Notes under the pieces: model-generated
What the model was told of the DNA's origin: nothing
The model's input: only the letters and a program-made list of their open reading frames with translations
Database searches by the model: none
Translations under genes and position numbers: made by a program
Source: Escherichia coli
GTDB lineage: Bacteria; Pseudomonadota; Gammaproteobacteria; Enterobacterales; Enterobacteriaceae
Length of the DNA stretch: 59,951 bases
Assembly (NCBI RefSeq): GCF_003334335.1
Contig: NZ_QOWQ01000031.1
Reading direction: 5' to 3' (one strand)
Shown: positions 21,742 to 31,686 of the stretch, piece after piece
Numbering within the stretch: position 1 is the stretch's first letter
Layout: each line of letters opens with the position of its first letter

Positions 21742-23820
21742 TTAAATCAATGCCGATTTATCAATTCCCAGCCGCTTCATCCGTGACAGCAGGGTCGTGC
21801 GTTTCAGCCCCAGACGTTGCGCAGCGCCTTTAGGCCCGGCAACCACGCCGTTGGTTTCTTTCAGCACGCGCACAATCAACTGATATTCATCTTCGCCCTC
21901 CAGGGCGACAACCGTTGCGGCAGGCGGCGTTTCAGGTTCCGGTAAAACAATATCTGGCAATGACAGCTGCAGCACGTTACCGCGTGTTAGCAATACCGCG
22001 CGCTCAATGACGTTTTCCAGTTCGCGTACGTTACCCGGCCACTCCATGTTGCTCAAGGTGCGCAGCGTCTCGGCAGGAATGCTGTCGATATTGCGCCCCA
22101 GACGACGGGCAATTTTGAAGGTAAAGGCTTTCGCCAGCAGCGGAATATCTTCCGGACGCTCGCGTAGTGGCGGCAGGTGAATCGGGAATACGTTCAGGCG
22201 GTAATAGAGATCGCTACGGAACTCACGGTCGGCGACCATTTTTTTCAGATCGCGGTTAGTCGCGGCGATTAGACGCACGTCCGTCTGAATGATTTTGTTG
22301 CTGCCGAGACGTTCAAACTCCTGTTCCTGCAATACACGCAGCAACTTCGGCTGTAACTCCAGTGGCATATCGCCCACTTCGTCGAGGAACAGGGAGCTTT
22401 TATCCGCCAGTTCAAAACGACCGATACGCTGGGCGCTGGCACCGGTAAAAGCCCCACGCTCATGACCAAACAGATCGCTTTCCAGCAATCCGGCAGGCAT
22501 CGCCGCGCAGTTCATTTTGACCATGCGGCGATTATTACGCCCACTGAGATTATGGATCGCACGGGCAATCAGCTCTTTACCCGTGCCAGTTTCACCGAGG
22601 ATCAGCACGGTACTGTCACTTTGCGCCACCATTTCAACTTGTTTAAGCACGCTGTACATGGCTTCGCTGCGGCCAATAATCTCGCCAAATTCACTATCAA
22701 CATTGTTGAGCTGCTCGGTCAGGGCGAGGTTTTCATCAACCAGCCGTTCTTTCAGACGATGGATTTCCTGATAGGCGAGGGCGTTATCGACAGCGATTGC
22801 CACACGTTCGGCAATCTGGCGCAGTAAATTCAGATTGGTAGTGGTAAACACTTTCTCTTCGCATTGCGCCAGTTTCAGCACGCCCAGCATGGTGTCGCCA
22901 GACATCAGCGGTAACAGGCACAAGGTTTGAATCTGGTTGCCCCAGGTGTCGAACAACATGCGTTCATAGGGGGCTAAATCGTCCCGCTCGTGGAGATTGA
23001 TCAGCAGCATCTCTTTACTTTTGAACACGCGTTCGGTGAGGGTTCCGGCTTCATCGACTTCGCTCTGTTCGTGGGCGGGATGCTGTTTATCAAGATAGTG
23101 AGTGGAGTAGATGTTGAGTTTGTTTTTACGGTGGCTGCGTAAGACGATACTGATATCGTCAATGTCGAAATAGTAATGGATTTCTTTGGCGACTTCGCTG
23201 ACCAGTTCGTCCATATCCAGGCGGGAAAGCACCGCGTTGGTGATGGCGACCAGGATGCGGAAGTTATCGCGTTCCCGGCATAACAACTCATAGTCGACAT
23301 TGTTAACGACGCGGCTCTGGATTTGTTCGGTGACGACAGAAACGATCTGCGTAAATGTTTGCAGACGATTGAACTCTTTTTCGCTCCAGGGGCGATCGTC
23401 ATAACGAATAAATTCACAGCCACCAAAAATATGCCCTTCCGCCGCCAGTGGCATCAGGCAATAGTGACCAAATTTTGGGTATAGCCCACCTGCGTCCAGC
23501 TGCGGCCAGGTTTCACAAAATTCTTCGTAACTGCAATGCAGCGTATCAGGGCGCGACAAAATGCTGCGTACCGGACCGTGTGCCAGAACAGTTTCGTCTT
23601 CATATTTAATGGGGGTGTCTTTTTCACGCGACGCGTAATAAGACGCACGTTGAGTCTGCGCTTGCCACAACACAATAGCCGCGTTGTCGGCGAGCGCAGA
23701 ACGCTTTACCAGTTGCGAAAGAGCCTCACACAGCGAGGCCAGATCGGGCTGCTGCAATAGTGTCCGAGTGATGTCGAACAACCCTTGTTGTCCGAGATCA
23801 CTCATCGGTGTATATGACAT
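21742..23820 (-). CDS. fhlA: Formate hydrogenlyase transcriptional activator (sigma54-dependent)
   Basis: Start trimmed to MSYTPMSDLG (692 aa). GAF domains, AAA+ GETGTGKE and GAFTGA motifs, C-terminal HTH. Confidence 0.9.
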   Translation of the reverse strand: MSYTPMSDLGQQGLFDITRTLLQQPDLASLCEALSQLVKRSALADNAAIVLWQAQTQRASYYASREKDTPIKYEDETVLAHGPVRSILSRPDTLHCSYEEFCETWPQLDAGGLYPKFGHYCLMPLAAEGHIFGGCEFIRYDDRPWSEKEFNRLQTFTQIVSVVTEQIQSRVVNNVDYELLCRERDNFRILVAITNAVLSRLDMDELVSEVAKEIHYYFDIDDISIVLRSHRKNKLNIYSTHYLDKQHPAHEQSEVDEAGTLTERVFKSKEMLLINLHERDDLAPYERMLFDTWGNQIQTLCLLPLMSGDTMLGVLKLAQCEEKVFTTTNLNLLRQIAERVAIAVDNALAYQEIHRLKERLVDENLALTEQLNNVDSEFGEIIGRSEAMYSVLKQVEMVAQSDSTVLILGETGTGKELIARAIHNLSGRNNRRMVKMNCAAMPAGLLESDLFGHERGAFTGASAQRIGRFELADKSSLFLDEVGDMPLELQPKLLRVLQEQEFERLGSNKIIQTDVRLIAATNRDLKKMVADREFRSDLYYRLNVFPIHLPPLRERPEDIPLLAKAFTFKIARRLGRNIDSIPAETLRTLSNMEWPGNVRELENVIERAVLLTRGNVLQLSLPDIVLPEPETPPAATVVALEGEDEYQLIVRVLKETNGVVAGPKGAAQRLGLKRTTLLSRMKRLGIDKSALI

Positions 23821-23893
23821 TTTGTTCTTCCAGGAAAGCACCGCAAAGCGGTGCAAAAGGTCATTGACTAACTATAGGAGATTTAGAATTTTA

Positions 23894-24904
23894 TTAGCAT
23901 ATACGCGGAAGCGGTTCGGCGTGTGGTAAATCGAGGGTTCGTTTCACGCCATACAGACCGGCAAGACGAACACCTTTACGTTCCACCACTTCACCAATCA
24001 GCGCCGCGTCTTTCCCCAGTGGATGGGAATGTAACGCTGCCAGCACTTGCTCTGCCGCGTTGCGTTCAACAGCTATTACTAGTTTGCCTTCGTTGGCAAA
24101 GTTCAGGGCGTCCAGTCCCAGCAATTCGCAAACGCCACGCACGGCAGGTTTAACAGGCAGTGCCGCTTCTGAAAGTTCAATACCACAACCGCAGGCTGCC
24201 GCGAACTCATGAACCACCGCGTTTACACCACCACGGGTGGCATCACGCAGCGCTTTCACGCCGGGAATGTCACGCAGCGTCTGAATAAGCGGCGTCAGCA
24301 CCGCGCAGTCGCTGACCAGTTCGCCATCCAGCCCCAGCTGCTCACGCAGGTTAAGGATAGTCGCCCCGTGGTCGCCGAGTGTACCGCTCACCAGCAATAC
24401 ATCGCCTGCGGTTAGCGTCTGTGCGCCCCAGTGAATATTCGCCGGAATTGCGCCCATGCCAGCGGTGTTGATAAACAGTTTATCTACCGCGCCGCGCTGC
24501 ACCACTTTAGTATCGCCAGTAACGATGGCAATGCCTGCCGCGCGGGCGGTTTCTGCCATGCTGGTCACTACGGCTTTCAGTGTCTCCATCGGCAATCCTT
24601 CTTCGAGGATAAAGCCACAGGAGAGATAGCGCGGAATAGCGCCACTGACCGCAACGTCATTGGCTGTGCCGCAAATCGCCAGCTTGCCGATATTACCGCC
24701 AGGGAAGAACAGCGGGTCAATAACGTAACTGTCGGTGGAGAACGCCAGACGGTCGCCTTCCGCTACCAGCTGCGCCAGATCAAGACGTGCCTGATCTTCC
24801 TGCTCTGCCAGCCACGGGTTGGCAAAGGCTTCCATAAACAGGCTGTTGATTAATTGCTGCATCGCTTGGCCGCCGCTACCGTGGGCGAGTTGGATATTAT
24901 TCAC
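23894..24904 (-). CDS. hypE: Hydrogenase maturation protein HypE
   Basis: 336-aa ORF; conserved hyp operon order. Confidence 0.9.
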   Translation of the reverse strand: MNNIQLAHGSGGQAMQQLINSLFMEAFANPWLAEQEDQARLDLAQLVAEGDRLAFSTDSYVIDPLFFPGGNIGKLAICGTANDVAVSGAIPRYLSCGFILEEGLPMETLKAVVTSMAETARAAGIAIVTGDTKVVQRGAVDKLFINTAGMGAIPANIHWGAQTLTAGDVLLVSGTLGDHGATILNLREQLGLDGELVSDCAVLTPLIQTLRDIPGVKALRDATRGGVNAVVHEFAAACGCGIELSEAALPVKPAVRGVCELLGLDALNFANEGKLVIAVERNAAEQVLAALHSHPLGKDAALIGEVVERKGVRLAGLYGVKRTLDLPHAEPLPRIC

Positions 24905-26022
24905 GCTTCACTCTCCTGCTGACGATACTGATACCACGCGGCGCACGCTCCTTCGGAGGAAACCATCAGCGCACCAAACGCGGTTTGAGGATTACAGGTG
25001 TTACCAAACAGCGGGCATTGATGCGGCTTACATTTGCCCGTTAATACCTCACCACAACGCGCGCGCGGGTCATCGCAGACCTGCTGCGGTGCCGGGCGGA
25101 AATGTGCTTCGGCATCGAATCGTTGATAATCCGGCGTCAGGTGCACGCCAGAAGATTCAATCACGCCTAAGCCGCGCCATTCGCTGTCGCCGTTGACACA
25201 GAACACATCGGCAATCGCCTGTTGCGCCAGCAGGTTACCGGCATCCGGTACCACTCGACGATACTGATTCTCTACCTTGCTGTGGGCCGCTATTTTCTGC
25301 TGCACCAGCATGACCACGCCTTGTAGTAGATCAAGGGGTTCGAATCCAGCAACCACCAGCGGACGATGAAAATCGCTGGCGATAAAATTATAGGCGTCGG
25401 TGCCGATAACCATACTGACGTGACCCGGCGCGAGGAACGCATCGATACCGTTATCCGGCTGTTCCAGCAAACTGCGCAACGTCGGGATAAGCGTAATGTG
25501 CTGGCAGAAGAAGTAAAAATTCTGCACATCACGCGCTTTCGCCTGTTGCAGAGTGATAGCGGTGGTCGGCATAGTGGTTTCAAAACCTAAGCCGAAGAAC
25601 ACCACTTTGCGGGTTGGATTCTCCTGCGCCAGTTTCAACGCATCCATCGGCGAGTAAACGATGCGCACATCGGCACCGCGTGCTTTTGCCTGCAACAGCG
25701 ATCCCTGTTTCCCCGGCACGCGCATGGCGTCGCCAAAGGTACAGAAGATGACTTCCGGATGGCTGGCAATCTCCACGCAGGTGTCGATTCTACCCATCGG
25801 CAGTACGCACACCGGGCACCCCGGACCGTGGATAAACTCAACGTTTTCCGGCAGTAACTGGTCGAGGCCGAATTTAAAGATAGCGTGGGTATGACCGCCA
25901 CACACTTCCATAATCCGCAGAGGGCGTTCGGCGGTGTAAGAGAGATGTGAAGCACGTTCGCGCAGATGCTCAATTAACTGCATCACCTGTTCCGGCGCGC
26001 GATATTCATCAACAAAACGCAT
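24901..26022 (-). CDS. hypD: Hydrogenase maturation protein HypD
   Basis: 373-aa ORF; overlaps hypE by 4 bp. Confidence 0.9.
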   Translation of the reverse strand: MRFVDEYRAPEQVMQLIEHLRERASHLSYTAERPLRIMEVCGGHTHAIFKFGLDQLLPENVEFIHGPGCPVCVLPMGRIDTCVEIASHPEVIFCTFGDAMRVPGKQGSLLQAKARGADVRIVYSPMDALKLAQENPTRKVVFFGLGFETTMPTTAITLQQAKARDVQNFYFFCQHITLIPTLRSLLEQPDNGIDAFLAPGHVSMVIGTDAYNFIASDFHRPLVVAGFEPLDLLQGVVMLVQQKIAAHSKVENQYRRVVPDAGNLLAQQAIADVFCVNGDSEWRGLGVIESSGVHLTPDYQRFDAEAHFRPAPQQVCDDPRARCGEVLTGKCKPHQCPLFGNTCNPQTAFGALMVSSEGACAAWYQYRQQESEA

Positions 26023-26294
26023 TATTTTTCCTCGCCATACAACAGCGCGCCGACATCCGGCTCAACGTCAAACATGTTTTGTAAGGCGTCGAGAGTGTCG
26101 CGTGCTTCGGCTTCATTAATTACGCTCATGGCAAAGCCAACGTGTACCAGTACCCACTGGCCCACGCGCGGCTGACCGTTTTCATCGCAGCTGCCGACTA
26201 ACGTTAAATCGACATCGCGCTGAATGCCGCAGACGTCGACTTTCGCCTGGTTGCCGTCAATGGTGCGGATCTGGCCGGGAACGCCTATGCACAT
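26022..26294 (-). CDS. hypC: Hydrogenase maturation chaperone HypC
   Basis: Start trimmed to MCIGVPG (90 aa). Confidence 0.85.
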   Translation of the reverse strand: MCIGVPGQIRTIDGNQAKVDVCGIQRDVDLTLVGSCDENGQPRVGQWVLVHVGFAMSVINEAEARDTLDALQNMFDVEPDVGALLYGEEK

Positions 26295-27157
26295 CGCTGT
26301 GTCTCCAGCCAGTTCAGCCACTGGTCCATCCCTTCGCCGCTGGTGGCGGAAATAAGGATGATTTCAATTTCTGGATTGACTTCGCGGGCGCAGGCGATGC
26401 ACTTTTCAACGTCAAAGTTGAGATACGGCAACAGGTCAACTTTGTTGAGCAGCATCAGCGAGGCGGCGGCAAACATATGCGGATATTTCAGCGGTTTGTC
26501 TTCACCTTCGGTAACGGAAAGCACCGCCACTTTGTGTTTTTCACCGAGATCGAAGCTGGCCGGGCATACGAGGTTGCCAACGTTTTCGATAAACAGAATA
26601 CCGTTATCGTCCAGTGGCAGACGCGGTGCGGCGTCGGCAATCATCTGTGCGTCAAGATGGCAGCCTTTACCGGTGTTCACCTGAATCGCTGGTGTGCCGG
26701 TAGCGCGAATGCGTGCGGCATCGTTCACGGTTTGCTGGTCGCCTTCAATAACTGCGCACGGAACGCTGTCTTTCAGGCGCATTAGGGTTTCCGTCAGCAG
26801 GGTGGTTTTACCGGAACCAGGGCTGGAAACCAGGTTGAGCACCAGTTGCTTGCGGGCAGCAAAGCGCGCGCGGTTGCGTTCAGCCAGACGGTTATTTTTG
26901 TCCAGCACGTCAATTTCGACTTCCAGCATCCGACGCTGGCTCATGCCCGGTGCGTGAGTGCCCGCTTCGCCATGACCGTAATGCAGGTCGCCTTCTTCAG
27001 TCTGGCTGGGGGTAAATTCAGGCGCTTTAATGCCGGTGATTTTCATCTTCGGGCGTGCCGCCGGGGCAAATGGCGCGCTACGAAACGCGGAATGAGGGTT
27101 ATGTTCATCACCCTCGATATACAGGTTGCCTTCACCGCAACCGCATGTTGTACACAT
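26285..27157 (-). CDS. hypB: Hydrogenase nickel-incorporation GTPase HypB
   Basis: 290-aa ORF with N-terminal MCTTCGCG metal-binding motif and GSGKTT P-loop. Confidence 0.92.
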   Translation of the reverse strand: MCTTCGCGEGNLYIEGDEHNPHSAFRSAPFAPAARPKMKITGIKAPEFTPSQTEEGDLHYGHGEAGTHAPGMSQRRMLEVEIDVLDKNNRLAERNRARFAARKQLVLNLVSSPGSGKTTLLTETLMRLKDSVPCAVIEGDQQTVNDAARIRATGTPAIQVNTGKGCHLDAQMIADAAPRLPLDDNGILFIENVGNLVCPASFDLGEKHKVAVLSVTEGEDKPLKYPHMFAAASLMLLNKVDLLPYLNFDVEKCIACAREVNPEIEIILISATSGEGMDQWLNWLETQRCA

Positions 27158-27160
27158 CGC

Positions 27161-27511
27161 TCACTCCTGGTCTATTTCTATCCGCCGAATCTGTAAACCG
27201 TCGTCTGCCACAATCTGCAGCATGTCACCATGACACTGTGGACAGCGGCGGACGCGCTGGGTCAGTAGCGTCACATACTGTTGGCATGTTTCACACCAGC
27301 ATTCGGCCTCTTGTTCTTCGAGGTGCAGTTTACAACCTTCCGCCACGCTGCCGCGGCAAACCAGATCAAAACAAAAGGCAAGAGAGCTGGTTTCGACACA
27401 AGAAAATGCGCCAATTTTGAGCCAGACCCCAGTTACGCGTTTTGCGCCGTGTTTTGCGGCCTGCTGTTCGATCAATTCCAGTGCCCGTTGGCAGAGGGTT
27501 ATTTCGTGCAT
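27161..27511 (-). CDS. hypA: Hydrogenase nickel-insertion protein HypA
   Basis: Start trimmed to MHEITL (116 aa); CxxC...CxxC zinc site. Confidence 0.88.
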   Translation of the reverse strand: MHEITLCQRALELIEQQAAKHGAKRVTGVWLKIGAFSCVETSSLAFCFDLVCRGSVAEGCKLHLEEQEAECWCETCQQYVTLLTQRVRRCPQCHGDMLQIVADDGLQIRRIEIDQE

Positions 27512-27541
27512 ATCGCCTCCCATTAACTATTGCCAGCTACA

Positions 27542-27557
27542 AGCAATAATTGTGCCA
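27542..27557 (-). promoter_or_regulatory. Sigma54 -24/-12 promoter for the hyp operon
   Basis: Minus strand reads CTGGCACAATTATTGCT (GG-N10-GC), about 30 bp upstream of the hypA start. Confidence 0.55.
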
Positions 27558-27670
27558 GTGTTGATTATCCCTGCGGTGAATAATGTCGATGATGTCGAAA
27601 TGACACGTCGACACGGCGACGAAATTCATCTTTAGCTTAAAAATCTCTTTAATAACAATAAATTAAAAGT

Positions 27671-27686
27671 TGGCACAAAAAATGCT
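27671..27686 (+). promoter_or_regulatory. Sigma54 -24/-12 promoter for the hyc operon
   Basis: TGGCACAAAAAATGCT (GG-N10-GC), about 37 bp upstream of the hycA ATG; FhlA-dependent in E. coli. Confidence 0.6.
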
Positions 27687-27722
27687 TAAAGCTGGCATCT
27701 CTGTTAAACGGGTAACCTGACA

Positions 27723-28184
27723 ATGACTATTTGGGAAATAAGCGAGAAAGCCGATTACATCGCACAGCGGCATCGTCGCCTACAGGACCAGTGGCACATC
27801 TACTGCAATTCGCTGGTTCAGGGGATCACGTTATCGAAAGCGCGCCTGCATCACGCCATGAGCTGCGCGCCGGACAAAGAACTCTGTTTCGTCCTTTTTG
27901 AACATTTTCGCATTTACGTCACCCTGGCGGATGGCTTTAACAGCCACACCATCGAGTATTACGTCGAAACAAAAGATGGCGAAGACAAACAGCGGATTGC
28001 GCAGGCGCAACTGAGCATTGACGGCATGATTGATGGCAAGGTCAACATCCGCGATCGCGAACAGGTTCTGGAACACTATCTCGAAAAAATCGCTGGCGTT
28101 TACGACAGCTTATACACCGCTATTGAAAACAATGTGCCGGTGAATTTAAGCCAACTGGTAAAGGGACAAAGCCCGGCAGCATGA
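27723..28184 (+). CDS. hycA: Formate hydrogenlyase regulatory protein HycA
   Basis: 153-aa ORF; first gene of the hyc operon. Confidence 0.88.
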   Translation: MTIWEISEKADYIAQRHRRLQDQWHIYCNSLVQGITLSKARLHHAMSCAPDKELCFVLFEHFRIYVTLADGFNSHTIEYYVETKDGEDKQRIAQAQLSIDGMIDGKVNIRDREQVLEHYLEKIAGVYDSLYTAIENNVPVNLSQLVKGQSPAA

Positions 28185-28308
28185 GCTGAGGCTTTGCCCG
28201 TTTTGCAGGCGTTACGCCTGTTTGGGGATGGGCGTGTCGATGAGTGTCGAAAATGACATTTCATCGGCATGTTTTCGTCAAAAATGACAATCACCTGAGG
28301 AATGCCTG

Positions 28309-28920
28309 GTGAATCGTTTTGTAATTGCTGACTCCACGCTCTGTATCGGCTGCCACACTTGTGAGGCCGCCTGTTCAGAGACGCATCGCCAGCACGGCCT
28401 GCAATCAATGCCGCGCCTGAGAGTGATGCTGAATGAAAAAGAATCTGCGCCGCAGCTCTGTCACCACTGTGAAGATGCACCCTGCGCGGTGGTCTGCCCG
28501 GTTAACGCCATCACCCGCGTCGATGGGGCCGTGCAGTTGAATGAAAGCCTGTGCGTAAGCTGCAAGCTGTGCGGCATCGCCTGCCCGTTTGGCGCAATTG
28601 AATTTTCCGGCAGCCGTCCGCTGGATATTCCGGCAAACGCCAATACCCCGAAAGCGCCACCGGCACCGCCTGCTCCGGCGCGTGTCAGCACATTGCTTGA
28701 CTGGGTGCCAGGTATTCGCGCGATCGCCGTCAAATGTGACCTTTGTAGCTTTGATGAACAAGGTCCGGCCTGCGTGCGGATGTGCCCGACTAAAGCCCTG
28801 CATCTGGTGGATAACACCGATATCGCCCGCGTCAGCAAACGTAAGCGTGAGCTGACCTTTAACACGGACTTTGGCGATCTCACCTTGTTTCAGCAGGCTC
28901 AAAGTGGAGAGGCTAAATGA
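28309..28920 (+). CDS. hycB: Formate hydrogenlyase subunit 2 (4Fe-4S ferredoxin)
   Basis: 203-aa ORF with several CxxCxxCxxxCP motifs. Confidence 0.9.
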   Translation: MNRFVIADSTLCIGCHTCEAACSETHRQHGLQSMPRLRVMLNEKESAPQLCHHCEDAPCAVVCPVNAITRVDGAVQLNESLCVSCKLCGIACPFGAIEFSGSRPLDIPANANTPKAPPAPPAPARVSTLLDWVPGIRAIAVKCDLCSFDEQGPACVRMCPTKALHLVDNTDIARVSKRKRELTFNTDFGDLTLFQQAQSGEAK

Positions 28921-30743
28921 GCGCAATTTCCCTGATCAATAGCGGCGTGGCGTGGTTTGTCGCCGCCGCTGTTCTGGCATTTCTCTTTTCTTTTCAAAAA
29001 GCGTTAAGTGGCTGGATAGCTGGAATTGGCGGCGCGGTTGGTAGTCTGTATACGGCAGCCGCGGGCTTCACTGTACTGACTGGCGCGGTTGGCGTGAGCG
29101 GTGCGCTGTCGCTGGTAAGCTACGATGTGCAAATCTCTCCGCTTAACGCGATTTGGCTGATTACGCTCGGTCTGTGCGGTCTGTTTGTCAGCCTCTACAA
29201 CATTGACTGGCATCGCCACGCGCAGGTGAAGTGCAACGGCTTGCAGATCAATATGTTGATGGCTGCCGCCGTCTGCGCCGTCATTGCCAGCAACCTCGGC
29301 ATGTTCGTGGTAATGGCCGAAATCATGGCCCTGTGCGCGGTGTTCCTCACCAGCAACAGCAAAGAGGGCAAACTGTGGTTTGCGCTGGGGCGTCTTGGCA
29401 CTCTGCTGCTGGCGATTGCTTGCTGGCTGCTGTGGCAGCGTTACGGCACGCTGGATCTGCGCCTGCTGGATATGCGTATGCAACAGCTGCCGCTCGGTTC
29501 CGATATCTGGCTGCTCGGAGTGATTGGCTTTGGCCTGCTGGCCGGGATTATTCCGCTGCACGGCTGGGTGCCGCAGGCACATGCGAACGCCTCTGCGCCA
29601 GCTGCCGCGTTGTTTTCTACGGTAGTCATGAAAATTGGCCTGCTGGGCATTTTAACCCTGTCACTGCTGGGCGGTAATGCACCGCTGTGGTGGGGGATCG
29701 CGCTGCTGGTGCTCGGCATGATCACCGCGTTTGTCGGTGGTCTGTATGCGCTGGTGGAGCACAACATCCAGCGCCTGCTGGCTTACCACACCCTGGAAAA
29801 TATCGGCATCATCCTGCTGGGGCTGGGCGCTGGCGTAACGGGTATCGCGCTCGAACAACCGGCGCTGATTGCTCTTGGCCTGGTCGGTGGTCTGTACCAT
29901 CTGCTTAACCATAGCCTGTTCAAAAGCGTACTGTTCCTCGGGGCGGGGAGCGTCTGGTTCCGTACCGGTCATCGCGATATCGAAAAACTCGGTGGTATTG
30001 GCAAGAAAATGCCGGTTATCTCCATCGCCATGTTAGTCGGGCTGATGGCAATGGCTGCGCTGCCGCCGCTGAATGGTTTTGCCGGGGAATGGGTTATCTA
30101 TCAATCATTTTTCAAACTGAGCAATAGTGGCGCGTTTGTTGCCCGTCTGCTGGGGCCGCTGCTCGCTGTGGGGCTGGCAATTACCGGTGCGCTGGCGGTG
30201 ATGTGTATGGCGAAAGTCTATGGCGTCACGTTCCTCGGCGCGCCGCGCACCAAAGAAGCCGAAAACGCCACCTGTGCGCCGCTCCTGATGAGCGTAAGCG
30301 TAGTGGCACTGGCGATTTGCTGCGTAATTGGCGGTGTTGCTGCGCCGTGGCTACTGCCGATGCTCTCTGCTGCTGTACCTCTGCCGCTGGAGCCTGCTAA
30401 CACCACCGTTTCTCAACCGATGATCACGTTGCTGCTGATTGCCTGCCCGCTGCTGCCATTCATCATTATGGCGATTTGCAAAGGCGATCGTTTGCCATCG
30501 CGTTCCCGCGGTGCGGCCTGGGTGTGCGGTTACGACCACGAAAAATCAATGGTGATTACCGCTCACGGTTTTGCCATGCCGGTGAAACAGGCGTTTGCGC
30601 CGGTGCTGAAACTACGCAAATGGCTGAATCCGGTGTCTCTGGTGCCGGGCTGGCAGTGCGAGGGGAGTGCGTTGCTGTTCCGCCGGATGGCGCTGGTTGA
30701 ACTGGCGGTACTGGTGGTGATTATTGTTTCACGAGGAGCCTGA
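28917..30743 (+). CDS. hycC: Formate hydrogenlyase subunit 3 (NuoL-like membrane subunit)
   Basis: 608-aa polytopic membrane ORF; overlaps hycB by 4 bp. Confidence 0.9.
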   Translation: MSAISLINSGVAWFVAAAVLAFLFSFQKALSGWIAGIGGAVGSLYTAAAGFTVLTGAVGVSGALSLVSYDVQISPLNAIWLITLGLCGLFVSLYNIDWHRHAQVKCNGLQINMLMAAAVCAVIASNLGMFVVMAEIMALCAVFLTSNSKEGKLWFALGRLGTLLLAIACWLLWQRYGTLDLRLLDMRMQQLPLGSDIWLLGVIGFGLLAGIIPLHGWVPQAHANASAPAAALFSTVVMKIGLLGILTLSLLGGNAPLWWGIALLVLGMITAFVGGLYALVEHNIQRLLAYHTLENIGIILLGLGAGVTGIALEQPALIALGLVGGLYHLLNHSLFKSVLFLGAGSVWFRTGHRDIEKLGGIGKKMPVISIAMLVGLMAMAALPPLNGFAGEWVIYQSFFKLSNSGAFVARLLGPLLAVGLAITGALAVMCMAKVYGVTFLGAPRTKEAENATCAPLLMSVSVVALAICCVIGGVAAPWLLPMLSAAVPLPLEPANTTVSQPMITLLLIACPLLPFIIMAICKGDRLPSRSRGAAWVCGYDHEKSMVITAHGFAMPVKQAFAPVLKLRKWLNPVSLVPGWQCEGSALLFRRMALVELAVLVVIIVSRGA

Positions 30744-30745
30744 GA

Positions 30746-31669
30746 ATGAGTGTTTTATATCCGTTAATTCAGGCGCTGGTGTTATTTGCCGTTGCGCCGC
30801 TGCTCTCCGGTATAACCCGCGTGGCGCGCGCCCGCTTGCATAACCGTCGCGGGCCGGGCGTGTTGCAGGAGTATCGCGACATTATCAAACTGCTGGGGCG
30901 TCAGAGCGTCGGCCCGGATGCCTCCGGCTGGGTGTTCCGCCTGACGCCGTATGTGATGGTGGGCGTCATGCTGACTATCGCTACTGCGCTGCCGGTGGTG
31001 ACCGTCGGTTCTCCGCTGCCGCAACTGGGTGATTTGATCACCTTACTGTATCTCTTTGCCATCGCGCGTTTCTTCTTTGCCATTTCTGGTCTGGATACCG
31101 GTAGCCCGTTTACCGCTATCGGCGCGAGCCGTGAAGCGATGCTTGGCGTGCTGGTCGAACCGATGCTGCTGCTTGGTCTGTGGGTTGCCGCACAGGTTGC
31201 CGGTTCCACCAACATCAGCAACATCACCGACACCGTTTATCACTGGCCGCTGAGCCAGAGCATCCCGCTGGTACTGGCGCTTTGTGCCTGTGCGTTCGCC
31301 ACCTTTATCGAAATGGGCAAACTGCCGTTCGACCTGGCGGAAGCCGAGCAGGAGCTGCAGGAAGGCCCGCTCTCTGAATACAGCGGCAGCGGCTTTGGCG
31401 TCATGAAATGGGGTATCAGCCTGAAACAGCTGGTGGTGTTGCAGATGTTCGTCGGGGTGTTTATTCCGTGGGGACAAATGGAAACCTTCACCGCCGGTGG
31501 ACTGCTGCTGGCGCTGGTGATTGCCATCGTAAAACTGGTGGTCGGCGTCCTGGTTATCGCGCTGTTCGAAAACAGCATGGCCCGTCTGCGTCTTGATATT
31601 ACTCCGCGCATTACCTGGGCTGGGTTTGGCTTTGCATTTTTAGCGTTCGTCTCCTTGCTGGCGGCGTGA
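30746..31669 (+). CDS. hycD: Formate hydrogenlyase subunit 4 (NuoH-like membrane subunit)
   Basis: 307-aa membrane ORF. Confidence 0.9.
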   Translation: MSVLYPLIQALVLFAVAPLLSGITRVARARLHNRRGPGVLQEYRDIIKLLGRQSVGPDASGWVFRLTPYVMVGVMLTIATALPVVTVGSPLPQLGDLITLLYLFAIARFFFAISGLDTGSPFTAIGASREAMLGVLVEPMLLLGLWVAAQVAGSTNISNITDTVYHWPLSQSIPLVLALCACAFATFIEMGKLPFDLAEAEQELQEGPLSEYSGSGFGVMKWGISLKQLVVLQMFVGVFIPWGQMETFTAGGLLLALVIAIVKLVVGVLVIALFENSMARLRLDITPRITWAGFGFAFLAFVSLLAA

Positions 31670-31686
31670 TTAAAGAGAGTTTGAGC

